Source: an uncultured Planctomycetia bacterium (lineage in GTDB: Bacteria; Omnitrophota; Gorgyraeia; Duberdicusellales; 4484-171). From it: a stretch of 61,938 nt of DNA. This document shows, one piece after another, positions 46,369 to 55,982 of this stretch. The stretch spans positions 83,613 to 145,550 of the forward strand of contig CAZVQU010000003.1 of NCBI GenBank assembly GCA_964629655.1. The letters are read 5' to 3'. Within the stretch, counting starts at the first letter, position 1. The number at the start of each line of letters is the position of its first letter. The notes beneath the pieces were generated by a model. That model was not told the origin of the DNA, searched no databases, and saw nothing but the letters and a program-made list of their open reading frames with translations. The position numbers and the translations under genes were made by a program.

Positions 46369-47259
46369 ATGGAAAAAAGAACTTTTTTTCTTCGTTTAGC
46401 GGTTATTGTTCTGTCTGTTGTTTTGTTCAGCCACACCCTTATAGGGCTGAAGCGAGTTTACGAAAAGGATGTTTTTCTCCGTGACGTAAGGATTCTTGCC
46501 AAAAATAAGTTTAAGAATACAAAAGTTGAGTATGGATTCATCATAAAAGGGTTAGGTTTTCCGGAACCAGAGTTGCTACATAAAGCTCAAAAGCAATTTC
46601 CAGCAGCTAGCCTAATAAAATTACCGATATTAGCCGCAGCTTTCTATGCGGTTGGAGAAAAAAAGATCCCTTTGGAGAAGATAGTGACCATACAAAAGAA
46701 AGATGTTGCTGGCGGTAGTGGAAAGCTTAAGGCATTCTCTCTGCCGAGGAAGTTTACTTTTGCTCAGCTTCTAGAGTTGATGATTTCTTCAAGCGATAAT
46801 ACCGCTACGAATAAGGTAATTGGAATTCTAGATTTTAAGTATATCAATAGCATTTTTAAAAGGCTAGGATTAACTGACACTATCCTGGTAAGGAAAATGA
46901 TGGATTTCTCGCAACGGGAGAATGGAATCGAGAATTATACCAGTGCTGCAGATATTTCATATCTCTTGGAGAAGATCTATAGAGGAGGATTGGTTAACCA
47001 AAAATTATCTAAGTTGGCCTTATCTTTTTTAAGGAAGCAGAAGGTAAATGACCGTCTCCCACGCTATCTACCGTCTGAGGTTGTTGTGGCTCATAAGACT
47101 GGTTTGGAGAGAGGGGTAGTGCATGATGCCGGGATTGTTTTTACTTCGAACAGGGATTATCTGATTTGTGTTTTGGTAAAAGGGGGTAAGCGTTCCGGCC
47201 CGGCAAAAAAATTTATTGCCCAACTCTCTTTATTAGCATATAATCTATATACCAATTAG
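46369..47259 (+). CDS. class A beta-lactamase-related serine hydrolase
   Basis: SxxK 'ASLIKL', 'SSSDNTATN' (SDN) and 'HKTGL' (KTG), with an N-terminal anchor. Confidence 0.6.
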   Translation: MEKRTFFLRLAVIVLSVVLFSHTLIGLKRVYEKDVFLRDVRILAKNKFKNTKVEYGFIIKGLGFPEPELLHKAQKQFPAASLIKLPILAAAFYAVGEKKIPLEKIVTIQKKDVAGGSGKLKAFSLPRKFTFAQLLELMISSSDNTATNKVIGILDFKYINSIFKRLGLTDTILVRKMMDFSQRENGIENYTSAADISYLLEKIYRGGLVNQKLSKLALSFLRKQKVNDRLPRYLPSEVVVAHKTGLERGVVHDAGIVFTSNRDYLICVLVKGGKRSGPAKKFIAQLSLLAYNLYTN

Positions 47260-47327
47260 TTAACGGGCAAAAGAGTGGATGAGAGGAAATCGATTAGTCC
47301 ACTCACCCATTTGCATATCTACATAAG

Positions 47328-47630
47328 ATGTTTATTGCTAGTAATTTTTTATTTGCCTTAGCCAGAATTTTGGATTTTATTTTCAACGCGTTTACTTGGC
47401 TTATCGTAATTCGAGCCTTAATAAGTTGGGTAAATCCTGATCCTTACAATACTATAGTACAATTTCTCTACAAGGTAACTGAGCCAATTCTTTATCCAAT
47501 ACGGAAATTGTTACCTTTTAGTTTTCGGGTCGGGATAGACCTGTCGCCGATTATTACGATTTTAATAATAATTTTTTGCAGGAGTTTTTTGGTACAAACA
47601 TTATTTGACCTAGCTTTACGGATGAGGTGA
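47328..47630 (+). CDS. yggT: YggT-family membrane protein
   Basis: 'WLIVIRALISWVNPDPYN'. Confidence 0.75.
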   Translation: MFIASNFLFALARILDFIFNAFTWLIVIRALISWVNPDPYNTIVQFLYKVTEPILYPIRKLLPFSFRVGIDLSPIITILIIIFCRSFLVQTLFDLALRMR

Positions 47631-47634
47631 TAAA

Positions 47635-48306
47635 ATGGGATTATTGTCCGCTGTTATACCAGTAGTTATAATAGTAGTTATCTTTTTCTTTATTGTGAGA
47701 GTGGCTACGGTAGTTTTAAAACTTACAGGGATGGATGAAGAAACTGCTCGTTTCCAAGCAATTTCTGCTTTTACCGGTACAGGATTTACGACAGCTGCTG
47801 CCGAAACAATTCTCGACGATAAAATCCGCAGCAAGACCGTTAGTGTGCTTATGGTCTTAGGTAAGGTAGGAATCGTCTCGGTGATTGCGAGTTTATTTCT
47901 TTCTTTTGGTAAGGACAATTTAGGAGCTGACATATCAAAGGCGATAATTATTCTTGCTATTATTACAATTCTCTATAAGATAACTAGCTTAAAGGGCTTT
48001 TCTCGGGCTTTAAACAGGTTTATTGAAAAAAGGATTGTAGCCAAGGGGCTTATAAGGCAGAAGACCTTAGAAGAGCTTTTTTCACTTCCCAAGGGTTATG
48101 GCTTAGCGCAGCTTACGATAACCGCTAGAAGCAAGGAAGACGGGCTTTCTTTAGCTGAAGCCGGGTTCATCAAGAAAGATATTTTAGTTTTATCTATCGA
48201 GCGCAAGGAACAATTGATTTCTTTTCCTCATGCTGGGGATACAATTAACAAAGGTGATAAGCTTCTTTGTTACGGGCTAATAGACAATATAAAAGAATAC
48301 GCTTAG
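47635..48306 (+). CDS. small membrane protein with a C-terminal TrkA-C (RCK_C) domain
   Basis: Two to three TM segments flank 'AFTGTGFTT' (pore-loop-like). The C-terminus 'LAQLTI...SLAEAGF...ILVLSIER....FPHAGDTINKGDKLLCYG' is RCK_C-like. Confidence 0.5.
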   Translation: MGLLSAVIPVVIIVVIFFFIVRVATVVLKLTGMDEETARFQAISAFTGTGFTTAAAETILDDKIRSKTVSVLMVLGKVGIVSVIASLFLSFGKDNLGADISKAIIILAIITILYKITSLKGFSRALNRFIEKRIVAKGLIRQKTLEELFSLPKGYGLAQLTITARSKEDGLSLAEAGFIKKDILVLSIERKEQLISFPHAGDTINKGDKLLCYGLIDNIKEYA

Positions 48307-48376
48307 ATCTAAGGTCTGGGCAGCTTGCATATTCATCTGGAGGAGGTATGCAACAAAAGAAAGAAGGAGAGCAGTC

Positions 48377-48832
48377 ATGGTAGTGTCAGATTACTTAAAG
48401 GAAAAATTTTGCCTGGTTGATTTGAAAGCGACAGATAAAGAAGGTGCCATTAAAGAAGTAGCAGGAGTTTTAGGTGCTGCTGGAAAGATAATAGACCAAG
48501 AGGTCTTCATCGGAGATGTTCTTGAGAGAGAAGAACTTGGCTCAACTGGTATTGGCAACAATGTCGGAATACCTCATGCAAGAACTAAAGCGGTTAAAGG
48601 CTTTGTTATCGGTTTTGGCCGATCAACTTCTGGTATTGAATTTAAAGCTTTAGATGGTGAGAAAGTGAATCTTATTTTTCTTATGGGGGCAGATCCCGGA
48701 GAACTGAATCTTTATTTAAGGATTTTAGCCGAACTATCCAAACTGCTTATGAACAACGCTTTTCGAGAGGCTCTTATATCTGCCAATAGTGCCGCAGAAG
48801 TAATTGCGGTAGTGAGAAAGTTCGAGAAGTGA
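48377..48832 (+). CDS. ptsN: PTS EIIA(Ntr)-type protein
   Basis: 'GSTGIGNNVGIPHAR' holds the phosphorylatable His motif. Confidence 0.75.
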   Translation: MVVSDYLKEKFCLVDLKATDKEGAIKEVAGVLGAAGKIIDQEVFIGDVLEREELGSTGIGNNVGIPHARTKAVKGFVIGFGRSTSGIEFKALDGEKVNLIFLMGADPGELNLYLRILAELSKLLMNNAFREALISANSAAEVIAVVRKFEK

Positions 48833-49302
48833 TAAAAATGCGAGTAATTGAAGCTGTAAAAACAGACATTATCAAAGTCAAGCGTTCCCTGACATTGCGA
48901 GGCCTTCTCGATATGTTCAAAGACTTCCATACCACCCCTTTGATCCCCGTTGTTGATACTCATAATCATCTTATCGGTGTTGTCTACCCGGAGAATCTAC
49001 TGGATTTATTGCGACCAGCTCAGGCAAAGCTATTCCGAAATATCCCCTTTATGGAGATGGATGAAGATGCATTTGACTTAGAACCAATTCCCTCTATGGG
49101 GGAGTTGATAATCGTCGATGACATTATGGATACTAATTTTATCTCGATTAAGGATGGAGATTCTTTGGAAGAAGCTTACAAAGTCATGCGTTTAAATAAG
49201 AAAGAGCGCTTGCCTGTTGTCGACACTGAGGAGAGAATTGTAGGAATTGTGGGAATTTTCGACATCATCTGGAGAATGTTTAAAGAAAAAGAAGTCGTAT
49301 AA
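48829..49302 (+). CDS. CBS-domain pair protein
   Basis: Two CBS-like repeats ('PVVDTHNHLIGVV', 'LPVVDTEERIVGIVGIFDI'). Confidence 0.7.
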   Translation: MIKMRVIEAVKTDIIKVKRSLTLRGLLDMFKDFHTTPLIPVVDTHNHLIGVVYPENLLDLLRPAQAKLFRNIPFMEMDEDAFDLEPIPSMGELIIVDDIMDTNFISIKDGDSLEEAYKVMRLNKKERLPVVDTEERIVGIVGIFDIIWRMFKEKEVV

Positions 49303-49313
49303 GAGCATATCTG

Positions 49314-50510
49314 ATGATAGACAATCCAATCTTAAGCCTAGCCGTCATATTCATTTTAAGTTTCTTCGCATCGCGCTTAACCAAAAAACTTAAAATACCT
49401 ACCATCACAGCTTATGTGGTTCTGGGGATTCTTCTCTCACCTAATCTATTAAATTTGATTTCAGAGAAATTCATGGCTACCTCTGATTTCTTTTCTCAAA
49501 TTGTCCTCGGCATGATTGCTTTTAGTTTAGGAGAGAGTTTTTCTCTGAGTACTCTGCGGCGGGTAGGAAGAGCAGTCACCGGAATATCTATTAGTGCTTC
49601 TCTGTGCCCTTGGTTTTTAGTAACCCTTGCAGCCTGGATGATTTTTAGGCAACCTTTTTATATTGCTCTTGTTTTCGGTGCAATTGCCGCCGCTACTGCT
49701 CCGGCGGCCGTAGTTATGGTAACCCAAGAGTATAAAAGTAGAGGTGACTTTACTGATACCCTTTTAGGCGTGGTGGCTATTGATGATGCCTGGGCCTTGA
49801 TAATTTTTGGATTGTCTTTGTCTGTAGCCAAAACATTTGTAACCGGCAATGGTAATACTATCGGTATTTTAAGAGATTTGTTGAAGACTTCAATGGAAAT
49901 CGGAGGCTCGTTTGCCTTAGGTGGGGTGGTAGCATTCGTTTTCAATAAACTTTCCGGTTTCATTAATACAATGAAGGAACGTCTGATTTACACCTTTGGA
50001 TTCTTATCCTTAGTTATAGGTTTATCAATATCTTTTAATTTTTCAGTACTCCTATCTTGTATGTTTTTTGGAGCGCTCCTGGCTAATATTAACAAGGAAA
50101 GTTTTCAATTTTTCAACTCTTTGCGAGAAATCGACGTACCTTTGTACTTAATATTTTTTGTATTAGCTGGAGCAAGTTTAAAAGTCAGCGTTTTAGGCAC
50201 ATCAGTCGTATTAACCTTAGGGTATATTGCTTTTAGAACCGTTGGCAAGATAGCTGGTTCTTTTATCGGAGCAAAGGTGGTTGATGCTTCTTCAAACATA
50301 AAAAAATATATGGGGCTAGCTTTAATCCCTCAGGCCGGTGTAGCTTTAGCTTGTGCTTTGATTGCCAAGCATGCTATTGGCGGAATTTGGGGTGATACAA
50401 TTTTAACTATTACCATTGCCAGCACAGTAATTTTTGAGCTTATTGGTCCTTGGGCTACAAAATATTCCCTAGCTAAGGCTGGAGAAATAAGAGAAGACAT
50501 AAAGGAGTAG
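49314..50510 (+). CDS. cation:proton antiporter (CPA/Kef-like)
   Basis: About 11-12 TM helices, starting 'LSLAVIFILSFFASRLTKKLKIPTITAYVVLGILLSP', as is typical of Na_H_Exchanger proteins. Confidence 0.7.
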   Translation: MIDNPILSLAVIFILSFFASRLTKKLKIPTITAYVVLGILLSPNLLNLISEKFMATSDFFSQIVLGMIAFSLGESFSLSTLRRVGRAVTGISISASLCPWFLVTLAAWMIFRQPFYIALVFGAIAAATAPAAVVMVTQEYKSRGDFTDTLLGVVAIDDAWALIIFGLSLSVAKTFVTGNGNTIGILRDLLKTSMEIGGSFALGGVVAFVFNKLSGFINTMKERLIYTFGFLSLVIGLSISFNFSVLLSCMFFGALLANINKESFQFFNSLREIDVPLYLIFFVLAGASLKVSVLGTSVVLTLGYIAFRTVGKIAGSFIGAKVVDASSNIKKYMGLALIPQAGVALACALIAKHAIGGIWGDTILTITIASTVIFELIGPWATKYSLAKAGEIREDIKE

Positions 50511-50516
50511 ATAAGG

Positions 50517-51746
50517 ATGAGAGTTCTAAGGAGTAATATCTTGGCGTTTGTTTTAGCCGGTGGAAAAGGTGAGAGGTTATTTCCTTTGACTTCTGAGCGA
50601 ACGAAGCCTTCAGTTCCCTTTGGCGGTAAATATCGAATAATTGATTTTACCTTGAGCAACCTGGTAAATTCAGGTATTTATTCTACCTATGTCTTGGTTC
50701 AATATAAGTCTCAGTCTTTGATTGAGCACATTCGAACAAGCTGGCGTAAGTCGGGAGTTCTTCCCCGGCATTTCATCACTGTGGTTCCTCCTCAAATGAG
50801 ACGTGAAGAGACAAAAGAGTGGTACCGCGGCACAGCCGATTCAGTATATCAGAATATGAATCTTATTTATGATTTTAAGCCTCGGTTTGTAGCAGTATTT
50901 GGCGGTGATCATGTCTATCGCATGGATATAAAAGGAATGGTTGATTCTCATGTAAGGAAAGGGGCAAAGCTTACAATAGCGGCTATGCCGGTAGAAAGCA
51001 GCCAGGCTCATCAGTTTGGGGTTGCCGAGGTAGATAGCGATTCAAGAGTTAAGAAATTTCAAGAAAAGCCTTTAGTTTCCGATAGCAAGACTATTCTTGC
51101 TTCTATGGGTAACTATATATTCGATACTGACTTTCTTGTTGATACCTTGAATCAACTGGTAAAAAAACGTAAAATCAATGATTTTGGTAAGCATATAATT
51201 CCACATTTGATTAAAAAAAAGGAGAGAATTTTTGCTTATGATTTTTCTCAAAATAGGATTCCTTATTTAAAGAAGCATGAGGCAAGGTATTATTGGAAAG
51301 ATGTTGGTTCAGTCTCTTCTTACTGGCGGGCCAATATGGATCTTTTAGGAAAGACGCCGGTATTAGACCTAGATAATAGGCATTGGCCTATATATGCTTC
51401 GAATTTGAATTGTCCCGGTGCCTACACTGTGGAAGCTAATATTGAAAATTCAATTATTTGCGAAGGAACGAAGATTTTTGGTTCGAAGATAAAAAATTCC
51501 ATTCTTGGAAGAGGAGTGGTGGTAGAGAACGGTTGCGAAATTGAAGACTCAATTATTATGGATTTTACACGGATAAAGAAGCATGCCCGTATCCGCAAAG
51601 CGATTATCGATCGTTTTAACACCATACCCCAGAGGGAGACTATTGGATATGATTCCAATAAAGATAAGGATAAATACCATCTTGATTCTTCGGAAATTGT
51701 TGTTGTCGGCAGGGGCTCACGAAGTACAGAGTTTTTAAATTTGTAA
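50517..51746 (+). CDS. glgC: glucose-1-phosphate adenylyltransferase
   Basis: 'LAGGKGERLFPLTSERTKPSVPFGGKYRIIDFTLSN' and 'WYRGTADSVYQN'. Confidence 0.9.
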   Translation: MRVLRSNILAFVLAGGKGERLFPLTSERTKPSVPFGGKYRIIDFTLSNLVNSGIYSTYVLVQYKSQSLIEHIRTSWRKSGVLPRHFITVVPPQMRREETKEWYRGTADSVYQNMNLIYDFKPRFVAVFGGDHVYRMDIKGMVDSHVRKGAKLTIAAMPVESSQAHQFGVAEVDSDSRVKKFQEKPLVSDSKTILASMGNYIFDTDFLVDTLNQLVKKRKINDFGKHIIPHLIKKKERIFAYDFSQNRIPYLKKHEARYYWKDVGSVSSYWRANMDLLGKTPVLDLDNRHWPIYASNLNCPGAYTVEANIENSIICEGTKIFGSKIKNSILGRGVVVENGCEIEDSIIMDFTRIKKHARIRKAIIDRFNTIPQRETIGYDSNKDKDKYHLDSSEIVVVGRGSRSTEFLNL

Positions 51747-51761
51747 AAGCAATAAAAGATT

Positions 51762-52286
51762 ATGGATGTATTTGAGTCAATACAAAAAAGGCGAAGCATA
51801 AGAAATTATCAAGATAGAGAGGTTGAGGAGGATAAGCTTTCCAAAGTCCTTGAGGCAGCCCGCCAGGCGCCATCAGCATCTAACCGCCAGGAGTGGAGAT
51901 TTGTCGTTGTCAGGGATAAGGTAGCTAAGGCTAAACTTTGCCAAGCCGCTAAAAATCAGGCCTTTGTGAATGAAGCCCCAGTTGTAATTGCCTGTTGTGC
52001 CCAGACTGATAATCACATAATGACTTGTGGTCAGGCTTGTTATGTGATAGATCTAGCTATTGCTATCGATCATATGAGCCTGGTTGCTGTTGAGTTGGGG
52101 TTGGGGAGCTGTTGGATAGGTGCTTTTTACGAAGAGGAGGTTAAAAAGATCCTTGATATTCCTCAAGAGATAAGGGTAGTAGAGATGCTTGCTTTGGGTT
52201 ATCCGGTCCAAGAACCCTCTAGTCCAAAAAACCGATTAGCCTTGGAAAAAATAGCCTTTTTTAGGAAATGGGGCTCTGCTAAGTAA
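51762..52286 (+). CDS. nitroreductase-family protein
   Basis: 'RRSIRNYQD', 'APSASNRQEWRF' and 'GSCWIG'. Confidence 0.75.
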   Translation: MDVFESIQKRRSIRNYQDREVEEDKLSKVLEAARQAPSASNRQEWRFVVVRDKVAKAKLCQAAKNQAFVNEAPVVIACCAQTDNHIMTCGQACYVIDLAIAIDHMSLVAVELGLGSCWIGAFYEEEVKKILDIPQEIRVVEMLALGYPVQEPSSPKNRLALEKIAFFRKWGSAK

Positions 52287-52353
52287 TTTTTTTCGTACCA
52301 TTCGCTGACACCTTCACGAATCCTACTTTTTGGTTTTGATTTTTATCAATCGG

Positions 52354-52420
52354 TGGTATAATTCTCGGGACGGTTTCTGGCTGCAAGGGCGTCCTTTAGA
52401 CAGAAAACTGTCCTTTTTAT
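52354..52420 (+). promoter_or_regulatory. extended -10 promoter plus terminator-like leader hairpin upstream of mgtE
   Basis: TGgTATAAT at 52354-52362. ggacggtttctg (52368-52379) pairs with cagaaaactgtcc (52401-52413) with one bulge. TTTTTAT follows, 14 nt before the mgtE ATG. Confidence 0.4.
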
Positions 52421-52433
52421 ATGAGGAATAGCT

Positions 52434-53780
52434 ATGACCAAGAAGATTTTAGTAAAAAAAATCGAGAATTTAATCCAGGAAAAAAAGTATCCTGATATCA
52501 AGAGGATACTTCCTCTTCACCCCGAAGATATTGCGGAACTCATCGATAAATTATCTACCTCAGCCTATAAGCTTTTTGTCTTTCGTCTAGTTCCCTACGA
52601 TAAGGCCGTAGACGTATTTGAGTGTCTGTCTACCGAAGAGGAAGAAGATATGCTCAAGACCTTAAGCAGCCAGGAGATAAGAGAGATTTTGAATGAAATG
52701 TCACCTGACGACAGGACTGAGTTGTTTGAGGAGATGCCAGCAGAGCTAGTTAAGAAATTCGTAAATCTACTTTCACCAGAAGAGCGCAAAATCGCAGTTG
52801 AAATCTTAAATTACCCTCCCGAGTGTGTCGGGAGACTTCTGACTCCTGATTTTGTACAATTATATGAGGGGATGAGCGTTGGAGAAGCTCTGGCACATAT
52901 CAGAAAGGTTGGCATTGAGAAAGAGACAGTATATCATAGCTATGTGCTTGATAAGGAAACCAAACTTATCGGAATTGTCTCTTTAAAGAAGCTTGTCCTG
53001 TCGGATTCGGCAACAAAAATCTCGGAGATAATGTATAAGGATGTAATAAAGGTATCTGCGCTTACGGACCAGGAAGAAGCTGCAAATCTTTTTAAGCATT
53101 ACGACTTGATTGTCCTTCCGGTCGTAGATAATAACAACAAGCTGTTAGGGATTGTTACTTTCGATGATTTAGTTGACGTTTTAGAAGAGGAAACAACTGA
53201 AGACTTTGAAAGGATAGCTGCGGTTGTGCCAGTTGAAAAGCCTTACATGGAAGCAAACTTCTTTGAGCTTCTCTGGAAACGAAGTTTTTGGCTAATAGTT
53301 TTAGTAGTTTTATCGTCGGTATCAAGTTTGGTTATGAAAAACTACGGTGGAGTCATTCAGCGTTGGATATCCTTGACTTTTTTTCTGCCAATACTCATTG
53401 CTACCGGAGGAAATGCTGGTATGCAGTCAGCAATGATTGTTATAAGAGGACTAACTACTGGCGATATCGGGATAAAAGATTTTTTTAAGGTTGTGTTTCG
53501 AGAATCTCTTCTCGGTCTTTCCTTAGGTATTATCCTTGCCATCGTTGGTTTAGTAAGGGTGGTTATTCAAGAAGGGGATGGGTTGCTAAGTATTTCTGTA
53601 GGGATAGCTATAGGTTTTACGGTTACATTTGCTGCTGTTATTGGGGCGGCTTTACCGATTATTTTTAGGCGATTGCGTCTGGACCCGGCCCTTATGAGCG
53701 GGCCCCTGATTACTACTATTGTTGATGTTGCTGGAGTGTTTATATATTTTCAAATTGCCCTCTTTTTACTAGGATCATGA
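52434..53780 (+). CDS. mgtE: magnesium transporter MgtE
   Basis: N-domain 'HPEDIAELI', 'MSPDDRTELFEEM', a CBS pair, and C-terminal TM helices with 'GGNAGMQS'. Confidence 0.9.
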   Translation: MTKKILVKKIENLIQEKKYPDIKRILPLHPEDIAELIDKLSTSAYKLFVFRLVPYDKAVDVFECLSTEEEEDMLKTLSSQEIREILNEMSPDDRTELFEEMPAELVKKFVNLLSPEERKIAVEILNYPPECVGRLLTPDFVQLYEGMSVGEALAHIRKVGIEKETVYHSYVLDKETKLIGIVSLKKLVLSDSATKISEIMYKDVIKVSALTDQEEAANLFKHYDLIVLPVVDNNNKLLGIVTFDDLVDVLEEETTEDFERIAAVVPVEKPYMEANFFELLWKRSFWLIVLVVLSSVSSLVMKNYGGVIQRWISLTFFLPILIATGGNAGMQSAMIVIRGLTTGDIGIKDFFKVVFRESLLGLSLGIILAIVGLVRVVIQEGDGLLSISVGIAIGFTVTFAAVIGAALPIIFRRLRLDPALMSGPLITTIVDVAGVFIYFQIALFLLGS

Positions 53781-54817
53781 GAAGAGTACTTATTATTTTG
53801 GTAGTAATCTTTACAAATGCTTGTGCCTCAGTCCCTCATAAGGGAGGTAGTATAAGGGTTTCTAATTCTGGTTACATTGATATTGCAAGTTTTTGCAAAA
53901 AACATAACTTTGAATATAACTTTGACACAATCGATGACCTAGTAAGAATTCATTCACCAGATAAGGAGATTAAGTTATTGCTTAATTCATCAGTTGGTAT
54001 ACTCAGTGGTTCAATCTTTTACCTTAAGAATCCCCCAGTTTATCTTAAAGGAAAGATTCTCTTACCCCAACAATTAGAAAAAATAATTACTTCAGGAAAG
54101 ATTGTTAGTTTTCGTCCCCTCTTTTCAATAAAAACAATCGTAGTTGATCCTGGACATGGCGGAAGAGATCCTGGCGCAATATCACCGCGTGGCTTGCAAG
54201 AGAAGACAGTTAACTTAAAAGTTGCTAAATATCTTAAGGAGGAGTTAGCTCAGATGGGTTTCAATGTGATCTTAACACGTTCCCGAGACTCATCCCTTAC
54301 TTTGGCTGCGCGGACCAATATCGCTAAAAAACATAATGCCGATCTTTTTGTAAGTATTCACGCTAATTCTAACCATTCTCGTAAGGTAAGCGGTGTAGAG
54401 ATATATTACCTTTCTCCGTCGCGATTGAAAGCCCAGGAGCGATCAGTGCGATTAGCCCGGAGCGAGAATTTTCAAGGGAAAAATATGCCTTCAGATGTTA
54501 AAGCTATCCTTTGGGATCTATTAATAAGGAAAAATTATGGGTTTTCTGTAGAACTCTCCGATATTTTCTACCTGACATTTAAAAACTTAGGTTTTAATAT
54601 TAAACCGTCTAAAAAGGCTTCATTTTATGTATTGAGATACGCTTACGTTCCTTCGATTTTAGTCGAGACGGGGTATTTGAGCAATCGTTACGAGGAGGCA
54701 GCCTTGCGTAAGAATCACTACCAAAAACAGATTGCTCATGCGATCGCTTTAGGGATTTTTTCTTTAAAGAGAAGACACTCTACCCCAAATAATGCAAACT
54801 ATGTAAATTTAAATTAG
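53777..54817 (+). CDS. N-acetylmuramoyl-L-alanine amidase (Amidase_3)
   Basis: 'IVVDPGHGGRDPGA', 'SIHANS' and 'VLVETGYLSN'-like 'ILVETGYLSN'. Confidence 0.85.
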   Translation: MRRVLIILVVIFTNACASVPHKGGSIRVSNSGYIDIASFCKKHNFEYNFDTIDDLVRIHSPDKEIKLLLNSSVGILSGSIFYLKNPPVYLKGKILLPQQLEKIITSGKIVSFRPLFSIKTIVVDPGHGGRDPGAISPRGLQEKTVNLKVAKYLKEELAQMGFNVILTRSRDSSLTLAARTNIAKKHNADLFVSIHANSNHSRKVSGVEIYYLSPSRLKAQERSVRLARSENFQGKNMPSDVKAILWDLLIRKNYGFSVELSDIFYLTFKNLGFNIKPSKKASFYVLRYAYVPSILVETGYLSNRYEEAALRKNHYQKQIAHAIALGIFSLKRRHSTPNNANYVNLN

Positions 54818-54826
54818 CTTAAAGGA

Positions 54827-55621
54827 ATGAATAATAGACCAATTGGAATTTTTGACTCCGGAGTAGGCGGACTTACGGTTTTAAAGGAAGTTGAGAAGCT
54901 TTTGCCTTCTGAAGACATAGTTTACTTTGGCGATACTGCCAGAGTTCCTTACGGGAACAAGTCAAAGTCGACAGTTATAAAGTTTAGCCGCAAAAGCGCA
55001 GGTTTCCTGAGAACAAAGCGAGTGAAAATGATTGTAGCAGCTTGCAATACTTCTTCGGCATTAGCTTTAGAAAATTTGAAGAAATCTTCAAATGTTCCGG
55101 TTTTAGGGGTAATTGCGGCCGGGGTAAAAAAAGCAGTCGCACTAACTAGGAAAAAAAGAATCGCAGTTATTGGGACTGAGTCAACGATAAGGAGCAATAG
55201 CTACCAGAAACTTATAGCGAAGAAAGATAAGAGCATTAAGGTTTATTCTAGGAGCTGTCCGCTTTTCGTTCCCTTGGTCGAGGAAGGGGTTCTAAACGGA
55301 AGAATAGTAAAAGAGGCAACGAAAATGTATCTAAAAAGCTTAAAAGATAAGGGCATAGATGTGATCATACTGGGCTGCACTCACTACCCCTTGCTTAAAT
55401 TTCAGATATCTTCTTACCTTAAAGGCGTGGTTGTTGTAGATTCGGCAAAAGAGGTTGCTAATTATGTTAAGAGTGTTCTTAAATCTAAGAATTTGCTGAG
55501 GGTGGAGGCCCGAAAGCCTAAGGTAGAGTTTTACCTAAGTGATCAGCCCAAGGAGTTTGCTAGGCTGGCTAAGTTGTTCCTGAAGCGTAAGATTTCTAAT
55601 CCTAGAATAGCAAATGTATAA
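54827..55621 (+). CDS. murI: glutamate racemase
   Basis: 'IGIFDSGVGGLTV', 'ACNTSSA' and 'GCTHYP'. Confidence 0.9.
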   Translation: MNNRPIGIFDSGVGGLTVLKEVEKLLPSEDIVYFGDTARVPYGNKSKSTVIKFSRKSAGFLRTKRVKMIVAACNTSSALALENLKKSSNVPVLGVIAAGVKKAVALTRKKRIAVIGTESTIRSNSYQKLIAKKDKSIKVYSRSCPLFVPLVEEGVLNGRIVKEATKMYLKSLKDKGIDVIILGCTHYPLLKFQISSYLKGVVVVDSAKEVANYVKSVLKSKNLLRVEARKPKVEFYLSDQPKEFARLAKLFLKRKISNPRIANV

Positions 55622-55982
55622 AGTAAAAATTGTAAGCCAGTTTAGTGCCGCCCACTCCTTGCGCAATTATAAGGGTAAGTGTGAGACTCTCCATGGACAT
55701 AATTGGAAAGTAGAAATTTTGGTTTCAAGCCTTAGACTCAATTCTTCAGGAATGGTTATGGATTTTAGCGACCTAAAAAAGTTAACCTTAAGCGTGCTTG
55801 ATAAGCTGGATCATTGTCACCTTAATGAGTTGGAGTATTTTAAAAACCAAAATCCCAGTTCCGAAGAAATTGCCAGATATATATATGATAAACTAAAAGA
55901 AGAGATAGCAGCAAAAGGATGCAAATTAGAGGAAGTTAGAGTTTGGGAGACAGATAGTTCGTGTGCAGTGTATCAGGAGTGA
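55614..55982 (+). CDS. queD: 6-carboxytetrahydropterin synthase
   Basis: 'FSAAHSL...C..LHGHNWKVE'. Confidence 0.85.
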   Translation: MYKVKIVSQFSAAHSLRNYKGKCETLHGHNWKVEILVSSLRLNSSGMVMDFSDLKKLTLSVLDKLDHCHLNELEYFKNQNPSSEEIARYIYDKLKEEIAAKGCKLEEVRVWETDSSCAVYQE

